Shown here in pieces: positions 14,149-29,200 of a stretch of DNA of 64,000 bases (position 1 is its first letter; each line of letters starts with the position of its first letter). Made by a program: the position numbers and the translations under genes. Under the pieces are notes generated by a model. It was not told the origin of the DNA. It saw nothing but the letters and a program-made list of their open reading frames with translations, and searched no databases. The DNA is from Eledone cirrhosa (Eukaryota): the NCBI GenBank assembly GCA_964016885.1, contig OZ024755.1, forward strand, positions 44,330,001 to 44,394,000. Direction: 5' to 3'.

Positions 14149-17100
14149 GACAGTACCAACATATACTGTGTACCACAGTTGACAGTACCAACATATACTG
14201 TGTACCGCAGTTCACAGGACCAACGTATACTGTGTACCACATTTGACAGTACCAACATATACTGTGTACCACAGTTGACAGTACCAACATATACTGTGTA
14301 CCACTGTTGACAGTACCAACATATACCGTGTACCACAGTTGACAGTACCAACATATACTGTGTACCACTGTTGACAGTACCAACATATACTGTGTACCAC
14401 AGCTGACAGTACCAACATATACTGTATACCACAGTTGACAGTACCAACATATACTGTGTACCACAGTTGACAGTACCAACATATACTGTGTACCACAGTT
14501 GACTGTACCAACATATACTGTGTACCACAGTTGACAGTACCAATGTATACTGTGTACCACTGTTGACAGTACCAACATATACTGTGTACCACAGTTGACA
14601 GTAGCAACGTATACTGTGTACCACAGTTGACAGTTCCAACATATAACGTGTACCACAGTTGGCAGTACCATCATATACTGTGTACCACAGTTGACAGTAC
14701 CAACATATACTGGGTACCACAGTTGACAGTACCAACGTATATTGTGTACCACAGTTGACAGTAGCAACGTATACTGTGTACCACAGTTGACAGTTCCAAC
14801 ATATAACGTGTACCACAGTTGGCAGTACCATCATATACTGTGTACCACAGTTAACAGTACCAACATATACTGTGTACCATAATTGACAGTACCAACGTAT
14901 ATTGTGTACCACAGTTGACAGTACCAACATACACCGTGTACGACAGTTGACAGTACCAACATATACTGTGTACCACAGTTGAGAGTACCAACATATACTG
15001 TGTACCACAGTTGACAGTACCAACATATACTGTGTACCACAGTTGAGAGTACCAACATATACTGTGTACCTCAGTTGACAGTACCAACATATACTGTGTA
15101 CCACAGTTGACAGTACCAACGTATACTGTGTACCACAGTTGAAAGTATCTATATATACTGTGTACCACAGTTGACAGTACCAACATATACAGTGTACCAC
15201 AGTTGACAGTACCATCATATACTGTGTACCACAGTTGACAGTACCAACATATACTGTGTACCACAGTTGACAGTACCAACGTATACTGTGTACCACAGTT
15301 GACAGTACCAACGTATATTGTGTACCACAGTTGACAGTACCAACATATACTGTGTACGACAGTTGACAATACCAACATATACTGTGTACCACAGTTGACA
15401 GTACCAACGTATACTGTGTACCACTGTTGACAATACCAACATATAATGTGTACCACAGTTCACAGTACCAACATATACAATGTACCACAATTGACAGTAC
15501 CAACATATACTGTGTACCACAGTTGACAGTACCAACATATAATGTGTACCACAATTGACAGTACCAACATGTACCGTGTACGACAGTTGACAGTACCAAT
15601 GTATACTGTGTACCACTGTTGACAGTACCAACATATACTGTGTACCACAGTTGACAATACCAACATATACTGTGTACCACAGTTGAAAGTACCAACGTAT
15701 ACTGTGTACCACAGTTGACAGTACCAACATATACTGTGTACCACAGTTGACAGTACAAACGTATACTGTGTACCACAGTTGACAATACCAACATATACTG
15801 TGTACCACAGTTGACAGTACCAACATATACTGTATACCACAGTTGACAGTACCAACATATACTGTGTACCACAGTTGACAGTACCAACATATACTGTATA
15901 CCACATTTGACAGTACCAACAAATACTGTGTACCACATTTGACAATACCAACATATACTGTTTACCACAGTTGACAGTACCAACGTATACTGTGTACCAC
16001 AGTTGACAGTACCAACATATACTGTGTACCACAGTTGACAGTACCAACATATACTGTGTACCACAGTTGACAGTACCAACATATACTGTGTACCACAGTT
16101 GACAGTACCGACATATACTGTGTACCACAGTTGACAGTACCAATGTATACTGTGTACCACAGTTGACAGTACCAACGTATACTGTGTACCACAGTTGACA
16201 GTACCAACATATAACGTGTACCACAGTTGGCAGTACCATCATATAACGTGTACGACAGTTGACAGTACCAAGATATAGTGTGTACCACAGTTGAGTGTAC
16301 CAACATAAACTGTGTACCACAGTTGACCGTACCAACATATACTGTATACCACAGTTGACAGTACCAACATATACTGTGTACCACAGTTGACAGTACCAAC
16401 ATATACTGTGTACCACAGTTGACAGTACCAACATATACTGTGTACCACAGTTGATAGTACTAACATATACTGTGTACTACAGTTAACAGTACCAACATAT
16501 ACTGTGTACCACAGTTGACAGTACCAACATATACTGTGTACCACAGTTGACAGTACCAACATGTACCGTGAACCACAGTTGATAGTACCAACGTATACTG
16601 TGTACCACAGTTGACAGTGCCAACATATACTGTGTACCACATTTGGCAGTACCAACATATACTGTGTACCTCAGTTGACAGTACCAACATATATTGTGTA
16701 CCAAAGTTGACAGTACCAACGTATACTGTGTACCACAGTTGACAGTACCAACGTATATTGTGTACCACAGTTGACAGTACCAACATATACAGTGTACCAC
16801 AGTTGACAGTACCAACATATACTGTGTACCACAGTTGACAGTACCAACATATACTGTGTACCACAGTTGACAGTACCAACATGTACCGTGAACCACAGTT
16901 GACAGTACCAACATATACTGTGTACCACTGTTGACAGTACCAACATATACCGTGTACCACAGATGACAGTACCAACATATACTGTGTACCACTGTTGACA
17001 GTACCAACATATACTGTGTACCACAGTTGACAGTACCAACATATACTGTATATCACAGTTGACAGTACCAACATATACTGTGTACCACAGTTGACAGTAC

Positions 17101-20100
17101 CAACATATAGTGTGTACCACATTTGACTGTACCAACATATAGTGTATACCACAGTTGACAGTACCAACATATACTGTGCACCACTGTTGACAGTACCAAC
17201 ATATACCGTGTACCACAGTTGACAGTACCAACATATACTGTGTACCACAGCTGACACTACCAAAATATACTTGTACCTCAGTTGACAGTACTAACATGTA
17301 TTGTGTACCACCGTTGACAGTACCAACGTATACTGTGTACCACATTTGACAGTACCAACGTATATTGTGTACCACAGTTGACAGTACCAACATATACTGT
17401 GTACAACAGTTGACAGTACCAACATATACTGTGTACCACAGTTGACAGTACCAACATATACTGTGTACCACAGTTGACAGTAGCAACTTATACTGTGTAC
17501 CACAGTTGACAGTTCCAACATATAACGTGTACTACAGTTGGCAGTACCATCATATACTGTGTACCACAGTTGACAGTACCAACATATACTGGGTACCACA
17601 GTTGACAGTACCAACATATACTGTGTACCATAGTTGACAGTACCAACGTATATTGTGTACCACAGTTGACAGTACAAACATACACCGTGTACGACAGTTG
17701 ACAGTACCAACATATACTGTGTACCACATTTGAGAGTACCAACATATACTGTGTACCACAGTTGACAGTACCAACATATACTGTGTACCACAGTTGACAG
17801 TACCAACATATACTGTGTACCACAGTTGACAGTACCAACATATACTGTATACCACAGTTGACAGTACCAACATATACTGTGTACCACAGTTGACAGTACC
17901 AACATATACTGTGTACCACAGTTGACAGTAGTAATATATACTGTGTACTACAGTTGACAGTACTAACATATACTGTGTACCACAGTTGACAGTACCAACA
18001 TATACTGTGTACCACAGTTGACAGTACCAACATATACTGTGTACCTCAGTTAACAGTACCCACATATACTGTGTACCACAGTTGACAGTACCAACATATA
18101 CTGTGTACCACAGTTGACAGTACCAACATATACTGTGTACCACAGTTGACAGTACCAACATATACTGTGTACCACAGTTAACAGTACCAACATATACTGT
18201 GTACCATATTTGACAGTACCAACGTATACTGTGTACCACAGTTGACAGTACCAACGTATACTGTGTACCAGAGTTGACAGTACCAACATATACTGTGTAC
18301 CACAGTTGACAGTACCAACATATACTGTGTACCACAGTTGATAGTACTAACATATACTGTGTACTACAGTTAACAGTACCAACATATACTGTGTACCACA
18401 GTTGACAGTACCAACGTATACTGTGTACCACAGTTGAAAGTACCAACGTATACTGTGTACCACAGTTGACAGTACCAACATATACTGTGTACCACAGTTG
18501 ACAGTACCAACGTATACTGTGTACCACTGTTGACAGTACCAACATATACTGTATACCACAGTTGACAGTACCAACATATACAGTTTACCACAGTTGACAG
18601 TACCAACATATACTGTGTACCACAGTTGACAGTACCAACATATACTGTGTACCACAGCTGACACTACCAACATATACTTGTACCTCAGTTGACAGTACTA
18701 ACATATACTGTTTACCACAGTTGACAGTACCAACGTATACTGTGTTCCACAGTTGACAGTACCAACATATACAATGTACCACATTTGACAGTACCAACAT
18801 ATACTGTGTACCACAGTTGACAGTACCAACATATACTGTGTACCACAGTTGACAGTACCAACATATACTGTGTACCACAGTTGAGAGTACCAACGTATAC
18901 TGTGTACCACAGTTGACAGTACCAGCGTATACTGTGTACCACAGTTGACAATACCAACATATACTGTGTACCACAGTTGACAGTACCAACGTATACTGTG
19001 TACCACAGTTGACAATACCAACATATACTGTGTACCACAGTTGACAGTACCAACATATACTGTGTACCACAGTTGACAGTACCAACATATACTGTGTACC
19101 ACAGTTGACAGTACCAACATATACTGTGTACCACAGTTGATAGTACCAACATATACTGTGTACCACAGTTGACAGTACCAACATATACTGTGTACCACAG
19201 TTGACAGTACCAACATATACAGTTTACCACAGTTGACAGTACCAACATATACTGTGTACCACAGTTGACAGTACCAACATATACTGTGTACCACAGCTGA
19301 CACTACCAACATAAACCGTGTACGACAGTTGACAGTACCAACATATACTGTGTACCACAGTTGAGAGTACGAACATAAACTGTGTACCACAGTTGACAGT
19401 ACCAACATATACTGTGTACCACAGTTGACAGTACCAACATATACTGTGTACCACAGTTGACCGTAGCAACATATACTGTATACCACAGTTGACAGTACTA
19501 ACATATACTGTGTACCACAGTTGACAGTACCAACATATACTGTGTACCACAGTTGACAGTACCAACATATACTGTGTACCACAGTTGACAGTACTAACAT
19601 ATACTGTGTACTACAGTTGACAGTACCAACATATACTGTGTACCACAGTTGACAGTACCAACATATACTGTGTACCACAGTTGACAGTACCAACATGTAC
19701 CGTGAACCACAGTTGACAGTACCAACTTATACTGTGTACCACAGTTGACAGTGCCAACATATACTGTGTACCACATTTGGCAGTACCAACATATACTGTG
19801 TACCTCAGTTGACAGTACCAACATATATTGTGTACCAAAGTTGACAGTACCAACGTATACTGTGTACCACAGTTGACAGTACCAACGTATATTGTGTACC
19901 ACAGTTGACAGTACCAACATCTACAGTGTACCACATTTGACAGTACCAACATATACTGTGTACCACAGTTGACAGTACCAACATATACTGTGTACCACAG
20001 TTGACAGTACCAACATATACTGTGTACCACTGTTGACAGTACCAACATATACCGTGTACCACAGTTGACAGTACCAACATATACTGTGTACCACTGTTGA

Positions 20101-23100
20101 CAGTACCAACATATACTGTGTACCACAGTTGACAGTACCAACATATACTGTGTACCACAGTTGACTTTACCAACATATAGTGTATACCACAGTTGACAGT
20201 ACCAACATATACTGTGTACCACTGTTGACAGTACCAACATATACCGTGTACCACAGTTGACAGTACCAACATATACTGTGTACCACAGCTGACACTACCA
20301 AAATATACTTGTACCTCAGTTGACAGTACTAACATATATTGTGTACCACCATTGACAGTACCAACGTATACTGTGTACCACAGTTGACAGTACCAACGTA
20401 TATTGTGTACCACAGTTGACAGTACCAACATATACTCTGTACAACAGTTGACAGTACCAACATATACTGTGTACCACAGTTGACAGTACCAACATATACT
20501 GTGTACCACAGTTGACAGTACCAATGTATACTGTGTACCACTGTTGATAGTACCAACATATACTGTGTACCACAGTTGACAGTAGCAACGTATACTGTGT
20601 ACCACAGTTGACAGTTACAACATATAACGTGTACTACAGTTGGCAGTACCATCATATACTGTGTACCACAGTTGACAGTACCAACATATACTGGGTACCA
20701 CAGTTGACAGTACCAACATATACTGTGTACCATAGTTGACAGTACCAACGTATATTGTGTACCACAGTTGACAGTACAAACATACACCGTGTACGACAGT
20801 TGACAGTACCAACATATACTGTGTACCACAGTTGAGAGTACCAACATATACTGTGTACCACAGTTGACAGTAGTAATATATACTGTGTACTACAGTTGAC
20901 AGTACCAACATATACTGTGTACCACAGTTGACAGTACCAACATATACTGTGTACCACAGTTGACAGTACCAACATATACTGTGTACCTCAGTTAACAGTA
21001 CCCACATATACTGTGTACCACAGTTGACAGTACCAACATATACTTGTACCACAGTTGACAGTACCAACATATACTGTGTACCACAGTTGACAGTACCAAC
21101 ATATACTGTGTACCACAGTTAACAGAACCAACATATACTGTGTACCATATTTGACAGTACCAACGTATACTGTGTACCACAGTTGACAGTACCAACGTAT
21201 ACTGTGTACCAGAGTTGACAGTACCAACATATACTGTGTACCACAGTTGACAGTACCAAAATATACTGTGTACCACAGCTGACATTACCAACATATACTT
21301 GTAACTCTGTTGACAGTACTAACATATACTGTGTACCACAGTTGACAGTACCAACGTATACTGTGTACCACAGTTGAAAGTACCAACGTATACTGTGTAC
21401 CACAGTTGACAGTACCAACATATACTGTGTACCACAGTTGACAGTACCAACGTATACTGTGTACCACTGTTGACAGTACCAGCATATACTGTATAACACA
21501 GTTGACAGTACCAACATATACAGTTTACCACAGTTGACAGTACCAACATATACTGTGTACCACAGTTGACAGTACCAACATATACTGTGTACCACAGCTG
21601 ACACTACCAACATATACTTGTACCTCAGTTGACAGTACTAACATATACTGTATACCACAGTTGACAGTACCAACGTATATTGTGTTCCACAGTTGACAGT
21701 ACCAACATATACAATGTACCACATTTGACAGTACCAACATATACTGTGTACCACAGTTGACAGTACCAACATATACTGTGTACCACAGTTGACAGTACCA
21801 ACATATACAATGTACCACATTTGACAGTACCAACATATACTGTGTACCACAGTTGACAGTACCAACATATACTTGTACCACAGTTGACAGTACCAACATA
21901 TACTGTGTACCACAGTTGACAGTACCAACGTATACTGTGTACCACAGTTGACAGTACAAACGTATACTGTGTACCACAGTTGACAATACCAACATATACT
22001 GTGTACCACAGTTGACAGTACCAACGTATACTGTGTACCACAGTTGACAATACCAACATATACTGTGTACCACAGTTGACAGTACCAACATATACTGTAT
22101 ACCACAGTTGACAGTACCAACATATACTGTGTACCACAGTTGACAGAACCAACATATACTGTGTACCACAGTTGACATTACCAACATATACTGTATACCA
22201 TAGTTGACAGTACCAACATATACTGTGTACCACTGTTGACAGTACCAACATATACCGTGTACCACAGTTGACAGTACCAACATATACTGTGTATCACAGC
22301 TGACACTACCAACATATACTTGTACCTCAGTTGACAGTACTACCATATATTGTGTACCACCGTTGACAATACCAACGTATACTGTGTACCACAGTTGACA
22401 GTACCAACGTATACTGTGTACCACAGTTGACAGTACCAACATATACTGTGTACCACAGTTGACAATACCAACATATACTGTGTACCACAGTTGACAGTAC
22501 CAACATATACTGTGTACCACAGTTGACAGTACCAATGTATACTGTGTACCACTGTTGACAGTACCAAAATATACTGTGTGCCACAGTTGACAGTACTAAG
22601 GGTATACTGTGTACCACACTTGACAGTACCAACATATGACGTGTACCACAGTTGGCAGTACCATCATATACTGTGTACCACAGTTGACAGTACCAACATA
22701 TACTGTGTACCACAGTTGACAGTACCAACATATACTGTGTACCATAGTTGACAGTACCAACGTATATTGTGTACCACAGTTGACAGTACCAACATACACC
22801 GTCTACGACAGTTGACAGTACCAACATATACTGTGTACCACAGTTGAGAGTACCAACATAAACTGTGTACCATAGTTGACAGTACCAACATATACTGTGT
22901 ACCACAGTTGACAGTACCAACATATACTGTGTACCACAGTTGACAGTACCAACATATACTGTATACCACAGTTGACAGTACCAACATATACTGTGTACCA
23001 CAGTTGACAGTACCAACATATACTGTGTACCACAGTTGACAGTACCAACATATACTGTGTACCACAGTTGACAGTACTAACATATACTGTGTACTACAGT

Positions 23101-23250
23101 TGACAGTACCAACATATACTGTGTACCACAGTTGACAGTACCAACATGTACTGTGTACGTCAGTTGACAGTACCAACATATACTGTGTACCACAGTTGGC
23201 AGTACCAACATATAATGTGTACCTCAGTTGTCAGTACCAACATATACTGT

Positions 23251-26200
23251 GTACCACAGTTGAGAGTACCAACGTATACTGTGTACCACAGTTGACAGTA
23301 CCAACGTATACTGTGTACCACCGCTGACAGTACCAATATATACTGTGTAACAAAGTTGACAATACCAACATATAATGTGTACCACAGTTGACAGTACCAA
23401 CGTATACTGTGTACCACTGTTGACAATACCAACATATACTGTGTACCACAGTTGACAGTACCAACATATACAGTGTACCACAGTTGACAGTACCAACATA
23501 TACTGTGTACCACAGTTCACAGTACCAACGTATACTGTGTACCACATTTGACAGTACCAACATATACTGTGTACCACAGTTGACAGTACCAACATATACT
23601 GTGTACCACTGTTGACAGTACCAACATATACCGTGTACCACAGTTGACAGTACCAACATATACTGTGTACCACTGTTGACAGTACCAACATATACTGTGT
23701 ACCACAGTTGACAGTACCAACATGTACCTTGTACCACAGTTGACAGTACCAACATATACTGTGTACCACAGTTGACAATACCAACATATACTGTGTACCA
23801 CAGTTGAAAGTACCAACTTATACTTTGTACCACAGTTGACAGTACCAACATATACTGTGTACCACAGTTGACAGTACCATCATATACTGTGTACGACAGT
23901 TGACAGTACCAACATATACTGTATACCACAGTTGACAGTACCAACATATACTGTGTACCACAGCTGACACTACCAACATATACTTGTACCTCAGTTGACA
24001 GTACTACCATATATTGTGTACCACCGTTGACAATACCAACGTATACTGTGTACCACAGTTGACAGTACCAACACATATAGTGTACCACAGTTGACAGTAC
24101 CAACGTATACTGTGTACCACAGTTGCCAATGCCAACATATACTGTGTACCACAGTTGAGAGTACCAACATATACTGTGTACCACAGTTGACAGTACCAAC
24201 ATATACTGTGTTCCACAGTTGACAGTACCAATGTATACTGTGTACCACTGTTGACAGTACCAAAATATACTGTGTACCACAGTTGACAGTACCAACGTAT
24301 ACTGTGTACCACTGGTGACAGTACCAACATATAACGCGTACCACAGTTGGCAGTACCATCATATACTGTGTACCACAGTTGACAGTACCAACATATACTG
24401 TGTACCACAGTTGACAGTACCAACATATACTCTGTACCATAGCTGACATTACCAACGTATATTGTGTACCACAGTTGACAGTACCAACATACACCGTGTA
24501 CGACAGTTGACAGTACCAACATATACTGTGTACCACATTTGAGAGTACCAACATAAACTGTGTACCACAGTTGACAGTACCAACATATACTGTGTACCAC
24601 AGTTGACAGTACCAACATATACTGTATACCACAGTTGACAGTACCAACACATACTGTGTACCACAGTTGACAGTACCAACATATACTGTGTACCACAGTT
24701 GACAGTACCAACATATACTGTGTACCAGAGTTGACAGTACCAACATATACTGTGTACCACAGTTGACAGTACTAACATATACTCTGTACTACAGTTGACA
24801 GTACCAACATATACTGTGTACCACAGTTGACAGTACCAACATGTACTGTGTACCACAGTTGACAGTACCAACATATACTGTGTACCACAGTTGGCAGTAC
24901 CAACATATACTGTGTACCTCAGTTGACACTACGAACATATACTGTGCACCACAGTGTACAGTACCAACGTATATTGTGTACCACAGTTGACAGTACCAAC
25001 GTATGCTGTGTACCACAGTTGACCGTACCAACATATACTGTGTAACACAGTTGACAATACCAACATTATACTGTGTACCACAGTTGACAGTACCAACGTA
25101 TACTGTGTACCACTGTTGACAGTACCAAGGGTATACTGTGTACCACACTTGACAGTACCAACATATAACGTGTACCACAGTTGGCAGTACCATCATATAC
25201 TGTGTACCACAGTTGACAGTACCAACATATACTGTGTAGCACAGTTGACAGTACCAACATATACTGTGTACCATAGTTGACAGTACCAACGTATATTGTG
25301 TACCACAGTTGACAGTACCAACATACACCGTGTACGACAGTTGACAGTACCAACATATACTGTGTACCACAGTTGAGAGTACCAACATAAACTGTGTACC
25401 ATAGTTGACAGTACCAACATATACTGTGTACCACAGTTGACAGTACCAACATATACTGTGTACCACAGTTGACAGTACCAACATATACTGTGTACCACAG
25501 TTGACAGTACTAACATATACTGTGTACCACAGTTGACAGTACCAACATATACTGTGTACCACAGTTGACAGTACCAATGTATACTGTGTACCACTGTTGA
25601 CAGTAGCAAAATATACTGTGTACCACAGTTGACAGTACCAACGTATACTGTGTACCACTGGTGACAGTACCAACATATAACGTGTACCACAGTTGGCAGT
25701 ACCATCATATACTGTGTACCACAGTTGACAGTACCAACATATACTGTGTACCACAGTTGACAGTACCAACATATACTGTGTACCATAGCTGACATTACCA
25801 ACGTATATTGTGTACCACAGTTGACAGTACCAACATACACCGTGTACGACAGTTGACAGTACCAACATATACTGTGTACCACAGTTGAGAGTACCAACAT
25901 AAACTGTGTACCACAGTTGACAGTACCAACATATACTGTGTACCACAGTTGACAGTACCAACATATACTGTATACCACAGTTGACAGTACCAACACATAC
26001 AGTGTACCACAGTTGACAGTACCAACATATACTGTGTACCACAGTTGACAGTACCAACATATACTGTGTACCAGAGTTGACAGTACCAACATATACTGTG
26101 TACCACAGTTGACAGTACTAACATATACTGTGTACCACAGTTGACAGTACCAACATGTACTGTGTACCACAGTTGACAGTACCAACATATACTGTGTACC

Positions 26201-29200
26201 ACAGTTGGCAGTACCGACATATACTGTGTACCTCAGTTGACAGTACCAACATATACTGTGTACCACAGTTGACAGTACCGACGTATATTGTGTACCACAG
26301 TTGACAGTACCAACGTATACTGTGTACCACAGTTGACCGTACCAACATATACTGTGTAACACAGTTGACAATACCAACATTATAATGTGTACCACAGTTG
26401 ACAGTACCAACGTATACTGTGTACCACTGTTGACAATACCAACATATACTGTGTACCACAGTTCACAGTACCAACGTATACTGTGTACCACATTTGACAG
26501 TACCAACATATACTGTGTACCACAGTTCACAGTACCAACATATACTGTGTACCACTGTTGACAGTACCAACATATACCGTGTACCACAGTTGTCAGTACC
26601 AACATATACTGTGTAGCACTGTTGACAGTACCAACATATACTGTATACCACAGTTGACAGGACCAACATATACTGTGTACCACTGTTGACAGTACCAACA
26701 TATACTGTGTACCACAGTTGACAGTACCAACATATACTGTATACCACAGTTGACAGTACCAACATATACTGGGTACCACAGTTGACAGTACCAACATATA
26801 CTGTGTACCACAGTTGACAGTACCAACATATACTGTGTACCACAGTTGACAGTACCAACATATACTGTGTACCACAGTTGACAGTACCAACATATACTGT
26901 ATACCACAGTTAACAGTACCAACATATACTGTGTACCACAGTTGACAGTACCAACATATACTGCGTACCACAGTTGACAGGACTAACATATACTGTGTAC
27001 TACAGTTGACAGTACCAACATATACTGTGTACCACAGTTGACAGTACCAACATATACTGTGTACCACAGTTGACAATACTAACATATACTGTGTACCACA
27101 GTTGGCAGTACCAACATATACTGTGTACCTCAGTTGACAGTACCAACATATAGTGTGTACCACAGTTGACAATACCAACATAAACTGTGTACCACAGTTG
27201 ACAGTACCAACATATACTGTGTACCACAGTTGACAGTACCAACATATACTGTGTAACTCAGTTAACAGTACCCACATATTCTGTGTATCAGAGTTGACAG
27301 TACCAACATATACTGTGTACCACAGTTGACAGTACCAACATATACTGTGTACCTCAGTTAACAGTACCCACATATACTGTGTATCAGAGTTGACAGTACC
27401 AACATATACTGTGTATCACAGTTGACAGTACCAACATATACTGTGTACCAAAGTGTACACTAACAACATATACTGTGTACCACAGTTGACAGTACCAACA
27501 TATACTGTGTACCACAGTTGACAGTACCATCATATACTGTGTACCACATTTGACAGTACCAACGTATACTGTGTACCACAGTTGACAGTACCATCGTATA
27601 CTGTGTACCACAGTTGATAGTACCAACGTATACTGTGTATCAGAGTTGACAGTACCAACATATACTCTGTACCACAGTTGACAGTACCAAAATATACTGT
27701 GTACCACAGCTGACACTACCAACATATACTTGTAACTCTGTTGACGGTACTAACATATACTGTGTACCACAGTTGACGGTACCAACGTATACTGTGTACC
27801 ACAGTTGAAAGTACCAACGTATCCTGTGTACCACAGTTGACAGTACCAACATATACTGTGTACCACAGTTGACAATACCAACATATACTGTGTACCACAG
27901 TTGACAGTACCAACGTATACTGTGTACCATTGTTGACAATACCAACATATACTGTGTACCACAGTTGACAGTACCAACATATACAGTGTACCACAGTTGA
28001 CAGTACCAACATATACTGTGTACCACAGTTGACAGTACCAACATATACTGTGTACCACAGTTGACAGTACCAACATATACTGGGTGCCACTTTTCACAGT
28101 ACCAACATATACTGTGTACCACAGTTGACAATGCCATCATATAGTGTGTACCACAGTTGACAGTACCAACATATACTGTGTACCACAGTTGACAGTACCA
28201 TCTTATACTGTGTACCACAGTTGACAGTACCAACGTATACTGTGTACCACAGATGACAGTACTAACATATACTGTGTACCATAGTTGAAAGTACCAACGT
28301 ATACTGTGTACCACAGTTGACAGTACCAACATATACTGTGTACCACAGTTGACAGTACCAACGTATACTGTGTACCACAGTTGACAATACCAACATATAC
28401 TATGTACCACAGTTGACAGTACCAACATATACTGTATACCACAGTTGACAGTACCAACATATACTGTGTACCAGAGTTGACAGTACCAACATATACTGTG
28501 TACCACAGTTGACAGTACCAACATATACTGTATACCACAGTTAACAGTACCAACATATACTGTGTACCACTGTTGACAGTACCAACACATACCGTGTACC
28601 ACAGTTGACAGTACCAACATATACTGTGTACCACAGCTGACACTACCAACATATAGTTGTACCTCAGTTGACAGTACTACCATATATTGTGTACCACCGT
28701 TGACAATACCAACGTATACTGTGTACCACAGTTGACAGTACCAACGTATACTGTGTACCACAGTTGACAGTACCAACATATACTGTGTACCACAGCTGAC
28801 AATACCAGCATATACTGTATACCACAGTTAACAGTACCAACATATACTGTGTACCACAGTTGACAGTACCAACATATACTGCGTACCACAGTTGACAGGA
28901 CTAACATATACTGTGTACTACAGTTGACAGTACCAACATATACTGTGTACCACAGTTGACAGTACCAACATATACTGTGTACCACAGTTGACAATACTAA
29001 CATATACTGTGTACCACAGTTGGCAGTACCAACATATACTGTGTACCTCAGTTGACAGTACCAACATATAGTGTGTACCACAGTTGACAATACCAACATA
29101 AACTGTGTACCACAGTTGACAGTACCAACATATACTGTGTACCACAGTTGACAGTACCAACATATACTGTGTAACTCAGTTAACAGTACCCACATATTCT

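Larger units (their letters stand above)
1..23250. repeat. Mega-unit 1 (long type) of higher-order structure
   Basis: The marker CCGCTGACAGTACCAATA...TAACAAAG occurs at 71, 23321, 42893 and 55888. Matching ORF translations recur at offsets 23154 (837 vs 23991), 21747 (5637 vs 27384), 17495 (13087 vs 30582), 17399, 19444 and 19604. The boundary phase is arbitrary and set by the marker. Confidence 0.85.
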
